Shown one piece after another: positions 8,036-18,120 of a stretch of 25,397 nucleotides of DNA. Position numbers and translations under genes: made by a program. The notes beneath the pieces were generated by a model. That model did no database searches, had not been told where the DNA came from, and was given only the letters and a program-made list of their open reading frames with translations. Source of the stretch: a virus (taxonomy: Duplodnaviria; Caudoviricetes); IMG/VR virus record IMGVR_UViG_3300009684_000159, positions 1 to 25,397 of that record. One strand, written 5' to 3'. Each line of letters opens with the position of its first letter. Position 1 is the first letter of the stretch.

Positions 8036-10045
8036 ATGGCAGAAGAAAAACAAATCTTTCATATCGACTTAGATGCTAAGAACTTTATTCATAACGCCCA
8101 AGAAGCGAAAAAAGTTTTGGGTGAACTTGGCGAAGTCGAAAACATTTCGGGACTCATTGAAGGCTTTGCCACAATGGGTGTTTCTCTTGGCGTTGTAGCT
8201 ACTGCGCTTTTAACTTTAAAAAAGGGCTTCGACCTTACTTTGGAAGCCGAACAAATTAATCGTGTTAGCACTCAATTTGATTTATTAGCCACAAATGCGG
8301 GCTTAGTTCCAAGCGTGTTAAGAGAGGGTCTTGAGAAGTCAACGGCTGGCTTCATGACCATGAACGATGCGCTTAAGTCAGCCAATAAGGCAATCGTCGA
8401 GCTTGGAGTGAACGCGAACCGTATTCCTGAAATCATGGAGCTTGCTAGAAAAGTTACAACCGTTTTCGGTGGCGACTTAGCAAGTAATTTCGACAGAATT
8501 TCTATGGCTATGGCTTCGGGTAACGTCCGAATGCTTAAGCACATGGGTATTGTTATTGATAGCGATAAAGCTCTTCGTGATTATGCTAATAGTGTTAATA
8601 AAATGGTTTCTGATTTATCAGAGCAAGATAAAAAGACAGCCATTTTAAACGCAACAATGGAAAAAGGGAAAACCTCTTTAAAGGGTGCGAAAGAAGATGT
8701 TAACTCTTTAACAGTATCTTACCAAAAACTTAAAGTTGGCATTAATGAAATATTTGAATTTGTAATTGTAAAATACGAACAAATGTTTGGTTCTAATTTT
8801 AGAACCATGATCTCGATGGCTTCAGGTGCAATCAAGAATCTTGGAAATACTTTGACCGCCAATTATGGAAGCGGAATAGAAAGAACCAGAGCTCAGGCGG
8901 AAAAACTTCGCGAGCAAATAAAGTCACAAACTGAAGAGGTGTCTAAAGCCGAGCGCATGTATACTAAATACGGTTCGACCGTAAATGGTATTTATAACAA
9001 TTATAAAGGCACTTACGAAAACGCTAAAAAAGCTCTTGCAGACTCCAAGAGTGAATTAGAAAAGTATGATAAATATTTAGAAAAAAGAGAAGAGCAAGAT
9101 AAAGAACGCGCAAAGAATGCAGAGAAAAAAGAAAAAGGCCCAGATAAGCGCGAGGCTGAAACTAAGTTTAATCAAGACATTCTCAAGTTAAAAGAAGCAA
9201 GAATTCAAGCGGAAATTGCTCTTGAAACTGACGCCGATGAAATGAAAAAACATCGCGCTGAAGAGCTTGTTAATCTTGAACTTGAAACAAATAATAAAAT
9301 AAGAGAAGCCGATGAGAAGGCATTAAAAGAAGGCGGGCCAGCGATAGCGTTAGCCGAGCAAGAGAAGTTCGAGATAAAAAGAAAATACGCTCTTGATGTT
9401 CAAAAATTAATTGAAGACAGCAAGGGTGATGAAATAAAAGCGGCAAATCAAGCGGCTAAAGTCTCTGCTAATACCAGTTCTGGTTTTAGTAAAGGTTGGA
9501 AGGCCGCAGCGCTTGATGCCTCTAAGGACGTTGGAAATTTTGCGAAGCTTGGAGACGTTGCTTTTAAATCATTAAAGACTAACGCAAAAAGCGCATTCAT
9601 TGCGTTGGGTGATGGTTCTAAAAATGCAGCCGAAGCAATGAGGGGGTTTATGTTAAACTCTATCGCTGACATTGCAGAGGCTCAAGGTTCGGAATTATTG
9701 GCGACTGGTATCGGAACTTTTCAACCAGAAGTGATTGCTCAAGGGGGCGCATTGCTTGCTTTGTCTGGAATGTTGAGAAGTGCAGCGGGTGGCGGCGGTG
9801 GCGGAATTGGCGCAAGCACTGGCGGTGGCGGCGGTGGGGCATCTGCTTCAAGTGAAGCGCCTAGCACCGTGGGAGATTTACAAACGGCTGAAGCGGCCAA
9901 GACACAGAAAAGCGTCACGATTGCTGTTCAGGGAAATTACTTTGAAACTGAGCAAACAAAACGTACTCTTATGGAAATGATAAGATCGGAAACGGATGCA
10001 ACTTCATTTTCATATGTTCAAATTAATCAGGGCGGGGCTTCTTAA
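8036..10045 (+). CDS. Tail tape measure protein (669 aa)
   Basis: Long helical Ala/Lys/Glu-rich protein with a Gly-rich linker near the C-terminus, directly after the chaperone pair. Confidence 0.88.
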   Translation: MAEEKQIFHIDLDAKNFIHNAQEAKKVLGELGEVENISGLIEGFATMGVSLGVVATALLTLKKGFDLTLEAEQINRVSTQFDLLATNAGLVPSVLREGLEKSTAGFMTMNDALKSANKAIVELGVNANRIPEIMELARKVTTVFGGDLASNFDRISMAMASGNVRMLKHMGIVIDSDKALRDYANSVNKMVSDLSEQDKKTAILNATMEKGKTSLKGAKEDVNSLTVSYQKLKVGINEIFEFVIVKYEQMFGSNFRTMISMASGAIKNLGNTLTANYGSGIERTRAQAEKLREQIKSQTEEVSKAERMYTKYGSTVNGIYNNYKGTYENAKKALADSKSELEKYDKYLEKREEQDKERAKNAEKKEKGPDKREAETKFNQDILKLKEARIQAEIALETDADEMKKHRAEELVNLELETNNKIREADEKALKEGGPAIALAEQEKFEIKRKYALDVQKLIEDSKGDEIKAANQAAKVSANTSSGFSKGWKAAALDASKDVGNFAKLGDVAFKSLKTNAKSAFIALGDGSKNAAEAMRGFMLNSIADIAEAQGSELLATGIGTFQPEVIAQGGALLALSGMLRSAAGGGGGGIGASTGGGGGGASASSEAPSTVGDLQTAEAAKTQKSVTIAVQGNYFETEQTKRTLMEMIRSETDATSFSYVQINQGGAS

Positions 10046-10815
10046 TGGCATTAAAGAATGGGTCAAGTTTTACTTATGGGCTTCAGGTGTCGAGTGCGAA
10101 TAGTTCTCTTGATTTTGTGGCTGCTAGTGGTGGCCCAACAATATTGGCAACCTTAAACACTGGGTTTTATTCACTTCAAGATTTAATGGTTGAAGTGATT
10201 AGAGCAATGAGCGCGGCTGACCCTGTAAACACCTACTCTTATTCAATCACAAGAACTTCAACGACTAACACCGTTACGATTACCAGCGCGGGATCTTATT
10301 TAAGTTTATTGTTTGGAACTGGGCCACGACTTGCGACCTCGATTGGTACGACTTTAGGATTTACAGCAACGGACAAAACGGGTGCGCTTAGTTATACTTC
10401 AACCTCAACCGCTGGCACTTTATTAATCCCCACCTTAGTTGGGTATACATACTTGCCGCCTTCGTTTATGCAAAAAATGATAGGAACTCCGAATATATCG
10501 GCAAGCGGTATAAAGGAAACAATTTACTTTGCGACTCACCAATTCTTTCAGGTCGAGTTTAAATATGAACCAGAATTAAAATGCACTAACGAATGGGCGC
10601 CATTATTACAATGGGGATCAAAGGGTAGACCGCTTGAGTTTTGTCCAGACACTACCTCACCAAACACTGTGTTTAATTGCACGTTAGAAAAAACTTCATA
10701 CGATGGTAAAGGAATGGGTTATCAGTTTAAAGAGATGCTGCCCGACTTTCCTTTTTTATATACAACGGGTCAAATGGTTTACAGAATTATACCGCCAGCG
10801 GTAAGCTACGCATAA
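10045..10815 (+). CDS. Distal tail (Dit-like) / minor tail protein
   Basis: TAATG overlap with tape measure; 256 aa, beta-rich; canonical position. Confidence 0.55.
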   Translation: MALKNGSSFTYGLQVSSANSSLDFVAASGGPTILATLNTGFYSLQDLMVEVIRAMSAADPVNTYSYSITRTSTTNTVTITSAGSYLSLLFGTGPRLATSIGTTLGFTATDKTGALSYTSTSTAGTLLIPTLVGYTYLPPSFMQKMIGTPNISASGIKETIYFATHQFFQVEFKYEPELKCTNEWAPLLQWGSKGRPLEFCPDTTSPNTVFNCTLEKTSYDGKGMGYQFKEMLPDFPFLYTTGQMVYRIIPPAVSYA

Positions 10816-10825
10816 GGGGATTTAA

Positions 10826-13390
10826 ATGGGTGTCATAGATGGTCAATCAGTAAACGCAAGCATTACAAACGCGGCCTTTTTAAGTAAGAACTCTGCCGAT
10901 TCAACTTCTTACAATTTAGGTTTAGGCGCTGCTTTAAGTTTTCCTAAAAATACAATTTCAACCGCTGGAACTATCAACGCACTTGATAGCGCAAAAACTA
11001 ATATTAAACTTACAGGCGCAAGCGTTGTTTTAAACGGTGTGGTTGCTGGGTTAGACGGTCAAATTTTAATCATATCAAATGCAAGCGGTACGGCCGCGAC
11101 TTTAAACTCTTTGTCTGGTTCCGCATCAAGTGCAAATCAATTAAAATTAATCACGTCTAGTTATTTACTTCCAGACAATTGCGCCGTCACTCTTGTTTAC
11201 GATTCAACACAATCTAAATGGTTAATTGTTGGAGTTATGGATTGCATGAGTGCAACCAATTTAAATACAGCGTCTACAATAGTAAAAAGAGATGCGAGTG
11301 GTAACTTTGTAGCTTCTCAAGCGTCTTTAACCTCTTTGTTATTAAATGGCTCAAGCTCTGGAACCATTACAATCACACCAGCGGCGGCAACCACAAGTTA
11401 CGCGCTAACATTACCAGCGGCTCAAGGTGCATTGTCTACTACATTAGTAAATGACGGAACGGGCGCTTTAACTTGGGGGTCATCGGGTAGCGGTGGCGGC
11501 GGTGGGGCTAAAAATTATTTTTCTTTATCAAGCGCTAACCCAAGCTTCGAAAATGCAACGATAAGCCCATGGTCGCTTTGCACATTGACCTTTTTAGGCG
11601 GTGCACCTTCAGGAGCTCCAACATTAAGCGCAACTCAAATGGCGCTTGCGGCAACGAGCACAAACCCACTAATTGGCACTAAGTCTGGACAACTTACCCA
11701 TTCAGCGGCCAACGCCCAATATCAGGGGTTTATTTCAGGCGCTCTCACAATTGATCGTGAAGACACAGCGAAAGTTTTAACAGGATCTTTTTCTTATGAA
11801 GTTGTAAGCGGTACGGTTGATTTCTCGGGCACGTCTACACAGACGCTAGAAATATGGATTTACAATACTATTTCAGGCGCTTGGACTCAACCGACTGGCT
11901 ATCGTGGAATGAATCAAGCTACGGGTCAAGGACGAGTTGCATTTACATTTCAATCAGACGGATTAACTGCAAATAATACTTATAAAATTGCGGTAATAAC
12001 GGCACAAACCACAACCGTTGCATATGTTGTAAATTTTGATGACTTTCAGGTGGGGCCACAAACAATTCCTATCGGTGCGGTAATGACCGATTGGATTACA
12101 ACAACAACTTTTACTCCCGTAAACTTAGGAACCATTACAAATGCAAGTTGGCGGACTAGAAGGGTGGGTGATTCACTAGAAGTTATAGGATATTTTACTG
12201 GGACAACTCCAGTGGCAAGCTCTGCATCTTTTACACTTCCAAGTGGTTTATCCATTGATACAACAAAATTACCCACTGGTTCCGCTGGTCATATTGTTGG
12301 AACTTATGCAGCAACTAATTCATCTTCCACAATTATTAACACAAGCTTTTACTTTGGTTATGTTTTTTATGATGGCTCTACGGCTACTAGTTTATATGTA
12401 TCTCAAAGCACAAATGTTAGCGCGTTAGTAAAAACAAGTGGATCAATTATTTTGGTGTCTGGTCAAAATGCAACCGTTCAATTTAAAATTCCAATTGCTG
12501 GCTGGTCATCAAATGTTCAAGTTAGTAATGACACGGATACTAGGGTGGTGGCAGCAAATTATTATTTATCTGCAAATCAAGCTCCAGGTGCAAATGTTCA
12601 ATTTAATTATGATGTAAAATTGATTGATACAAATTCAGCCGTTACCACAGGATCAGGAGCTTGGAAGTTTACGGCTCCGATTAGTGGCATTTATTCAGTT
12701 TCAACAAGTTCTTTTTATGCTTCTGGAACTGCTGGTTATGTTAATTTATATAAAAATGGTGTTAGTATATTTCAAATGGGTGATGTTTATGGAACTGCAT
12801 CACTTGGTCAAACTAACTTATCTGTTGCAACCACACTAATTCAGTTAAATGCTGGAGATTATATTGACGCTAGACCCAGCACTACTGCGACTTTTTATGG
12901 ATCAGCTTCTGCTCCATTTTCTCACTATATATCTATTTTTAGACTTTCAGGCCCATCAGTTATTGGTGCAAATGAATTAATAAGTGCTAAATATTATGCA
13001 AGCGCCAATGGAACCATGACGAGCACCACTCCACTTAATTATGATTCTAAAATTTATGATTCACACAATGCGGTTACTACAGGATCAGCTTGGAAGTTTA
13101 CAGCTCCTCGTTCTAGTAAGTATTCGTTAAAAGCTTATTTCAATAATGCCAGCGCTCCATCAAGTACATGCTTAATTACTATTTATAAAAATGGTGCAAA
13201 CTTAGAGGTGTTTGGTGATATTTTTACGGCTACCGCTGCTGCATCAATGTCTACTTCATTTTCATTAAATGCTGGTGATACTATTCAAATTACTTCAAAC
13301 AATGCCAATTACCCTTGGCAAGGTGGAACTTATGGAACGGTAACCGGAGCAGCTCCTTGCCATATAGAGATCGAAAGTTTGGGTTATTAA
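10826..13390 (+). CDS. Tail fibre / receptor-binding protein with two tandem C-terminal C1q-like domains
   Basis: Ser/Thr/Gly/Ala-rich 854 aa protein. Two copies of the pattern NYD.K..D...AVTTGS.AWKFTAP.S..YS...YKNG...LNAGD.I, which is the gC1q signature. Confidence 0.8.
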   Translation: MGVIDGQSVNASITNAAFLSKNSADSTSYNLGLGAALSFPKNTISTAGTINALDSAKTNIKLTGASVVLNGVVAGLDGQILIISNASGTAATLNSLSGSASSANQLKLITSSYLLPDNCAVTLVYDSTQSKWLIVGVMDCMSATNLNTASTIVKRDASGNFVASQASLTSLLLNGSSSGTITITPAAATTSYALTLPAAQGALSTTLVNDGTGALTWGSSGSGGGGGAKNYFSLSSANPSFENATISPWSLCTLTFLGGAPSGAPTLSATQMALAATSTNPLIGTKSGQLTHSAANAQYQGFISGALTIDREDTAKVLTGSFSYEVVSGTVDFSGTSTQTLEIWIYNTISGAWTQPTGYRGMNQATGQGRVAFTFQSDGLTANNTYKIAVITAQTTTVAYVVNFDDFQVGPQTIPIGAVMTDWITTTTFTPVNLGTITNASWRTRRVGDSLEVIGYFTGTTPVASSASFTLPSGLSIDTTKLPTGSAGHIVGTYAATNSSSTIINTSFYFGYVFYDGSTATSLYVSQSTNVSALVKTSGSIILVSGQNATVQFKIPIAGWSSNVQVSNDTDTRVVAANYYLSANQAPGANVQFNYDVKLIDTNSAVTTGSGAWKFTAPISGIYSVSTSSFYASGTAGYVNLYKNGVSIFQMGDVYGTASLGQTNLSVATTLIQLNAGDYIDARPSTTATFYGSASAPFSHYISIFRLSGPSVIGANELISAKYYASANGTMTSTTPLNYDSKIYDSHNAVTTGSAWKFTAPRSSKYSLKAYFNNASAPSSTCLITIYKNGANLEVFGDIFTATAAASMSTSFSLNAGDTIQITSNNANYPWQGGTYGTVTGAAPCHIEIESLGY

Positions 13391-13391
13391 T

Positions 13392-13835
13392 ATGAAAAAA
13401 ATTAGCATAAAAAACAAATTAGGAATTGAAACAAATTGGTTGGAAGTTGAAGACCCAACCCCACACATTAACGAGTGGATAAGATTAAACACTTGGGGTA
13501 AACCTGAGCGATGGCAATTAGAAAAGACTGGCGACTCACCTTCATGGGTCGAAGCTTACGACATTGACGATGTGATTGACAGTGAAGATAGACTAGACGA
13601 AGTAAGCGGTGAATTAGTTCATTGGGTAAAATTAAAAGCAGATTATTCTTTCGATATTACAGACGTCACTTACGAGCATGATCTTGATTTGTGTATTGCT
13701 TCAAGAATCGCAGAATATCCCAATTTAGGCGCATTTTTAAATGCTTTCTTTGATGGCGGTCAAGAAGCGTTAGACGAACTTCACGCAGCTAGGTTAGCTG
13801 TAAAATTAAAATATCCAAAACCAGTAAAGCCATAA
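13392..13835 (+). CDS. Probable tail fibre assembly chaperone
   Basis: Acidic 147 aa ORF right after the fibre; ends 'R.AEYP...AVKLKYPKP', a pattern typical of fibre-associated chaperones. Confidence 0.6.
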   Translation: MKKISIKNKLGIETNWLEVEDPTPHINEWIRLNTWGKPERWQLEKTGDSPSWVEAYDIDDVIDSEDRLDEVSGELVHWVKLKADYSFDITDVTYEHDLDLCIASRIAEYPNLGAFLNAFFDGGQEALDELHAARLAVKLKYPKPVKP

Positions 13836-13838
13836 TAA

Positions 13839-16337
13839 ATGCCAACAAGCAACTACCCTACAAATTATAAACTTGGTCTTGCTTCGGTTTCAAAACAATT
13901 AAATATCGTTTTTGAAATTGAAGGCGTTCCCTATGTTTATTCTTTGCAACCAACTTTTCATAAGCTGGTTTATGGCGACCCTTATGTTTATGGTGGGACT
14001 GGGCTTTATTACGGGGCATCGGTTCAGGTTCCGAATAATAAAGTTTACATTTCAGATAAAAGTTCGATGACTATTTCCCAGCGATTAGAGCCAGAGCAAG
14101 GGCGAGCGTCAACGTCTACATTCTCGGTTGTGATGATTGATAAGAATGCAGAAATATCGAACCTTGTTGGAACTGGTGGTACAATAATCAACGAAACAAT
14201 GGGGCGAGCTTGCATTGTGCGCGTGGGCTTTGCTAACACTTCTTACCCGCAAGATTACTATGTTGCATTTCGCGGCATTATTAACAACGTACAAACACAA
14301 TCGGGAATGGTGACGTTCTCGATCGGTGATGCCAATCAAAAAAGAAGACAAGCAATTTTTCAAGTTCAAAAAACTAACTCGTCAAGCATTGTGAACGCCT
14401 CGACGTTAACTATCCCAACAAATGACGCAAGTTTATTTTATCAGCCGATACTTGGGCCAGACTCAACTTATGATTCAAATGTGACTCTTTATTGCACAAT
14501 GGAAAACGAAGTCATTCAATATACAACAAGTACGGTCACGCAAATTAATGCGGCGTTAAGAGGCGCAAGAGGAACCACGGCGGCCACTCATGCAACGTCT
14601 ACTGAAACGACACATACTTGTCAGATTAATGGCCACCCTTTAACGCTTGCTCTTAAACTAATGTTATCAGGTTGGAACGGCCCATACATTACAGGGTTAA
14701 CACCCCAAGCGGTGGGAACTAATTTAATCACAGGTTCAGGCGTCACGAATGCCGTTGTTTTGCCGATTGGTAAAAGTGCAACTGATGACTATGGTTTAAC
14801 TATTGGAGACTATGTTACCGTTTCGGGTTCGGTGTCTGGTAACAATGGCACTTACAGAATTACAACAATCGAAGACACAACAAATCAACCGAATGGCGTT
14901 TTAAGAATTACTAGCACTTTAACGCTAGAAACGGGCGGCTCTCTTGCAATAGCTCTTCGTTCTAAATACGACACTTTACCGACCGCCATGGGGCTTAAAC
15001 TTTCACCGAAAGATGTGGACGTTGCGGGTCATGAAGATTTAAGAGACAACTATCTTAACACTGGCGTTTATGTAATGAACCTTTATATAAATGAACAGCA
15101 AGTTGGTAAAGACTTTATCGAGCAGCAACTTTACTATCCAGTTGGTTGCTATTCACTTACTCGTTATGGTCAGCTTTCAGTTAACGAAACCAAAGCACCG
15201 ATCGCTACCGTTAACCTTCAGTTTTTAAACCTTGGTAATATCATCGGCGCTGAAAACATTACAAACACACGCGGATTAAATAGTCGTAAGTTTTTTAATC
15301 AAATACAATTTCAATACGATGTGATGGATGACAATTCGACTTATCAAAGCGTTTTGCGTTCACTTGATACGACTTCATTAAACTTGATCGGCATTTTGTC
15401 TTTGCTTCCAATTAATTCACAAGGATTAAAAACAAGTTTAGGGGCTGCAACGCTAGTTTCTAAAGTATCCACTAACTTACTAAATAGATATAAACGCGCA
15501 GCTTATGAAATTGCTTTAAAAGTAAACTTCCAAGTCGGTTCACGCATTGAAGCTGGCGATGTGATAGCACTTCAAGACAATGGATATTTGCAAATAACTG
15601 ATTTCAATACTGGGCTTCGAAATCTTGGAACTCAGCTTTATGAAGTAACCGACAGATCATTAGATTTAAAAACGGGCGAGGTTACGCTTAAACTTGTTTC
15701 TGGAATTACAGGCTCGGCGGCTGACAGGTTTGGAACCGTTTCACCTTCAAGCATTGTTTCCGCTAGTGGTGTTTCTACTACGACCTCAATTAAAGTTGAT
15801 TCAAGCTACAACGCGACTAGCGCGGACGAAACTTTAAAGTGGAAAGATTATATCGGGCAAACAATCAGGGTAAGGGCGGACGATTTTAGCGCGTCCAGTG
15901 AAGCTGTTTTATCTGGAACGGACAATTCGATTATTCCTTACACACTTAACCTTTCAAGCCCTTTATCTTTTACGCCCACGTCTGGAATGATTGTGGAAAT
16001 TCCGGAATACCCAACGAGTACAAATGCGGGAATAAATTCATTGTATAAAGCCATTCATGGGTTTGCTGACCCAACCATTGCAATCGTGAGCGGCGCGTCT
16101 AATACTGTGTTTACAGTATCATCGGGTGACATTTCAAAATTTAATGTGGGCGCTGCTATTTATGTAAGAAGCAATGATTTTTCTACCATAAGCGGTTCGG
16201 TTTTAATTTCTGCCGTTAATAGCACTTCTAACACTGTGACGGTTCAATCAACTTTAGGATTCACTCCCACTAGCGGTTACTATGTTGAGCTGGTAGGCTT
16301 TGCAGACAAGGGCGCGGGGTATAGAATTTATGGATAA
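13839..16337 (+). CDS. Baseplate hub / central tail tip protein
   Basis: 832 aa beta-rich protein; 'FRGII', 'NEVIQY...RGARGTTAATH' and 'IEAGDVIAL' are hub/Tal-like patterns. Confidence 0.65.
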   Translation: MPTSNYPTNYKLGLASVSKQLNIVFEIEGVPYVYSLQPTFHKLVYGDPYVYGGTGLYYGASVQVPNNKVYISDKSSMTISQRLEPEQGRASTSTFSVVMIDKNAEISNLVGTGGTIINETMGRACIVRVGFANTSYPQDYYVAFRGIINNVQTQSGMVTFSIGDANQKRRQAIFQVQKTNSSSIVNASTLTIPTNDASLFYQPILGPDSTYDSNVTLYCTMENEVIQYTTSTVTQINAALRGARGTTAATHATSTETTHTCQINGHPLTLALKLMLSGWNGPYITGLTPQAVGTNLITGSGVTNAVVLPIGKSATDDYGLTIGDYVTVSGSVSGNNGTYRITTIEDTTNQPNGVLRITSTLTLETGGSLAIALRSKYDTLPTAMGLKLSPKDVDVAGHEDLRDNYLNTGVYVMNLYINEQQVGKDFIEQQLYYPVGCYSLTRYGQLSVNETKAPIATVNLQFLNLGNIIGAENITNTRGLNSRKFFNQIQFQYDVMDDNSTYQSVLRSLDTTSLNLIGILSLLPINSQGLKTSLGAATLVSKVSTNLLNRYKRAAYEIALKVNFQVGSRIEAGDVIALQDNGYLQITDFNTGLRNLGTQLYEVTDRSLDLKTGEVTLKLVSGITGSAADRFGTVSPSSIVSASGVSTTTSIKVDSSYNATSADETLKWKDYIGQTIRVRADDFSASSEAVLSGTDNSIIPYTLNLSSPLSFTPTSGMIVEIPEYPTSTNAGINSLYKAIHGFADPTIAIVSGASNTVFTVSSGDISKFNVGAAIYVRSNDFSTISGSVLISAVNSTSNTVTVQSTLGFTPTSGYYVELVGFADKGAGYRIYG

Positions 16338-16346
16338 GGGGCAATA

Positions 16347-16895
16347 ATGGCAACACCAGTTACACCAGCAAGAAACACGATTTATATTGAAGGATCGCAA
16401 TTCCGAAGCGCAATCAGTGAAGACCTACTCCAGCGCTTTGGGGCTTCGATTAACTTCATTAATACTTATCAATATTTTCCATTCTATTTTGGAATGGCTG
16501 GCGCTTATGGTAACGCCACATTTTTAGCAACCTTACCAGCAACGGGATTGGGCCCATTTGAAACTTTCGATTATAACTCTCAAATCGTTAACGTGCGCGT
16601 ATATAGCGGAACTCAAGGGTCAAGCGGAACCACAACCGTTGATATTAAAAAAGCATCGGCGGGTTCTTCATCTTACACTACTATTTTCTCAACGCTTCCA
16701 AGCGTAACGAGTGCCGCGCCAGCAAATGCGCAGTTTGATATTAACGGTGTAGATGGTACGCTACCAACTGGATGTACTCGACCTGTTTTATCAACGGTGA
16801 ACTTTACGGCTGGCGATAAGCTTCGCTTTGATGTGACTAGCGTACAAACAGGAGCAAGTGATTTAATTGTGACAATTTTTTGGAGGCCTCGTTAA
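16347..16895 (+). CDS. Minor tail tip protein
   Basis: RBS aagggg; S/T/G-rich; ends in a 'FTAGDKLRFDV' beta-sandwich pattern. Confidence 0.55.
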   Translation: MATPVTPARNTIYIEGSQFRSAISEDLLQRFGASINFINTYQYFPFYFGMAGAYGNATFLATLPATGLGPFETFDYNSQIVNVRVYSGTQGSSGTTTVDIKKASAGSSSYTTIFSTLPSVTSAAPANAQFDINGVDGTLPTGCTRPVLSTVNFTAGDKLRFDVTSVQTGASDLIVTIFWRPR

Positions 16896-17197
16896 TGATT
16901 ACTAATTTTAATTCTAATAGCACAATAAAAATAAACGGTGGTACTGGTGGGTCTTTGGCTGGTGGTACGGTTGCGACCATAACTGCGGCCGCTAACGAGT
17001 ATATAATTTTAAGTTTTTCAATGAATGCCACTACCGCCGGTGGCGGATGGAAGTTTTCAACTGGTGCGACTTATAGTGGTACTCAAATATCACAAACTTC
17101 GGTTGTATATATTCCCCCAAGTTCTTCGGTAAATATTACAGACAACAGCGGTGGGACTTTGGTCTATAGTTATGTTAGATTTATTAACTCGCCATGA
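16895..17197 (+). CDS. Small beta-rich virion protein
   Basis: TAATG overlap at 16893-16897 gives the start MITNF; ATGA overlap with the endolysin. Confidence 0.55.
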   Translation: MITNFNSNSTIKINGGTGGSLAGGTVATITAAANEYIILSFSMNATTAGGGWKFSTGATYSGTQISQTSVVYIPPSSSVNITDNSGGTLVYSYVRFINSP

Positions 17198-17577
17198 TTA
17201 CCATTCGCGAGCTTAACCCTCACGATTACAAGACAAGCTTAATCATAGATAAAAACTTATCTATTTTATTGCAAAGAATAAATGAAATTAGAAACGCTTA
17301 TGGAAAGCCTATGGTTGTAACCAGCGGGCTACGTTCTGAGAGCGATCAAGATTTGTTAATTGCTCAAAAAAAAACTAATGCAAAACATTCAAAGCATCTT
17401 GCTGGCCTTGCTTGTGACATTAAAGATTGTGACGGCGAGCTTAAAGCTTGGATAAAACAGAACGTAAAAGCGCTTGAAGTGATTGGTTTATGGTGTGAGG
17501 ACTTTGCTTACACCCCAACTTGGGTGCACTTTCAATGCAGTTCGCCATTAAGTGGTAAAAGGTTCTTTATTCCATAA
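17194..17577 (+). CDS. Endolysin, peptidase M15 family (Zn-dependent)
   Basis: 'TSGLRS', 'SKHLAGLACD' (SxHxxGxAxD) and 'WVHF' zinc-ligand motifs; no signal peptide; start of the lysis cluster. Confidence 0.88.
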   Translation: MITIRELNPHDYKTSLIIDKNLSILLQRINEIRNAYGKPMVVTSGLRSESDQDLLIAQKKTNAKHSKHLAGLACDIKDCDGELKAWIKQNVKALEVIGLWCEDFAYTPTWVHFQCSSPLSGKRFFIP

Positions 17578-17578
17578 T

Positions 17579-17607
17579 TTGACGATTCTTGACCGCGTCC
17601 GTAAACT
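17579..17607 (+). promoter_or_regulatory. Sigma70-like promoter upstream of the holin-like gene
   Basis: TTGACG-N17-TAAACT in the intergenic gap, followed by RBS aaggag. Confidence 0.55.
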
Positions 17608-17664
17608 ACACAGGGGGTTAATTCCAAGGATGGAAGTGCCCTTTAACTTATAAGGAGAAATAAC

Positions 17665-17874
17665 ATGTTAGATCAAATTAACTCAATCATTCATTCTGCA
17701 AGTGGGCAAGCTGGCATTATTGCCATCGTTTTAGAAGCTGGACTTCGTCTTATTAAAAGCGAAAAGCCTCTTTCTATTGCTCATTTGATTTCTGCTACTC
17801 TTGCAAAAATCGCAGACATTTGCGCCGGTCTTGCTAATCTTTTAGACAAAGTTTTGCCACAAAACTTAAAATAA
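17665..17874 (+). CDS. Putative holin / small membrane protein
   Basis: Strong RBS; 69 aa with two moderately hydrophobic segments; follows the endolysin. Confidence 0.5.
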   Translation: MLDQINSIIHSASGQAGIIAIVLEAGLRLIKSEKPLSIAHLISATLAKIADICAGLANLLDKVLPQNLK

Positions 17875-18120
17875 ATGACACAAACAATTTTAGAAATTAT
17901 TTTGGTCGGGTTGAAGTTCTTAGATAGACTCGATCAAGATAAAATTAAAAAAGAAATTCTCGGATTGCAAAATGACTATGCTCAAGAACTTTCTAAAGAT
18001 TACGACAGTATCGACGATGCTCGCTTATACTCTTTACGGTTGCGCCTCACTGGCATCGTACAGCTATATTGTTCCGCCGCTCAAGGACAGAACCCTGCGC
18101 CTAGCAATGGACAAACCTAG
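17875..18120 (+). CDS. Putative i-spanin-like protein
   Basis: Short hydrophobic N-terminus then a coiled-coil; overlapped in another frame by a lipoprotein gene. Confidence 0.4.
   Translation: MTQTILEIILVGLKFLDRLDQDKIKKEILGLQNDYAQELSKDYDSIDDARLYSLRLRLTGIVQLYCSAAQGQNPAPSNGQT

Noticed and set aside
9787-9840. GGC/GGT-rich tract in the tape measure gene as a separate repeat element
   Set aside because: It simply encodes a poly-Gly linker, common near tape measure C-termini.
12540-13390. DGR template/variable repeat pair in the fibre gene
   Set aside because: Both copies are coding, differences are not adenine-specific and include indels, and no reverse transcriptase is in the window.
1076-17031. 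Numerous minus-strand and short alternate-frame ORFs over the structural genes (e.g. 1873..2169, 2428..2733, 8272..8544, 12624..12839, 14109..14369)
   Set aside because: Shadow ORFs fully overlapping well-supported + strand genes, without RBS or recognisable motifs.
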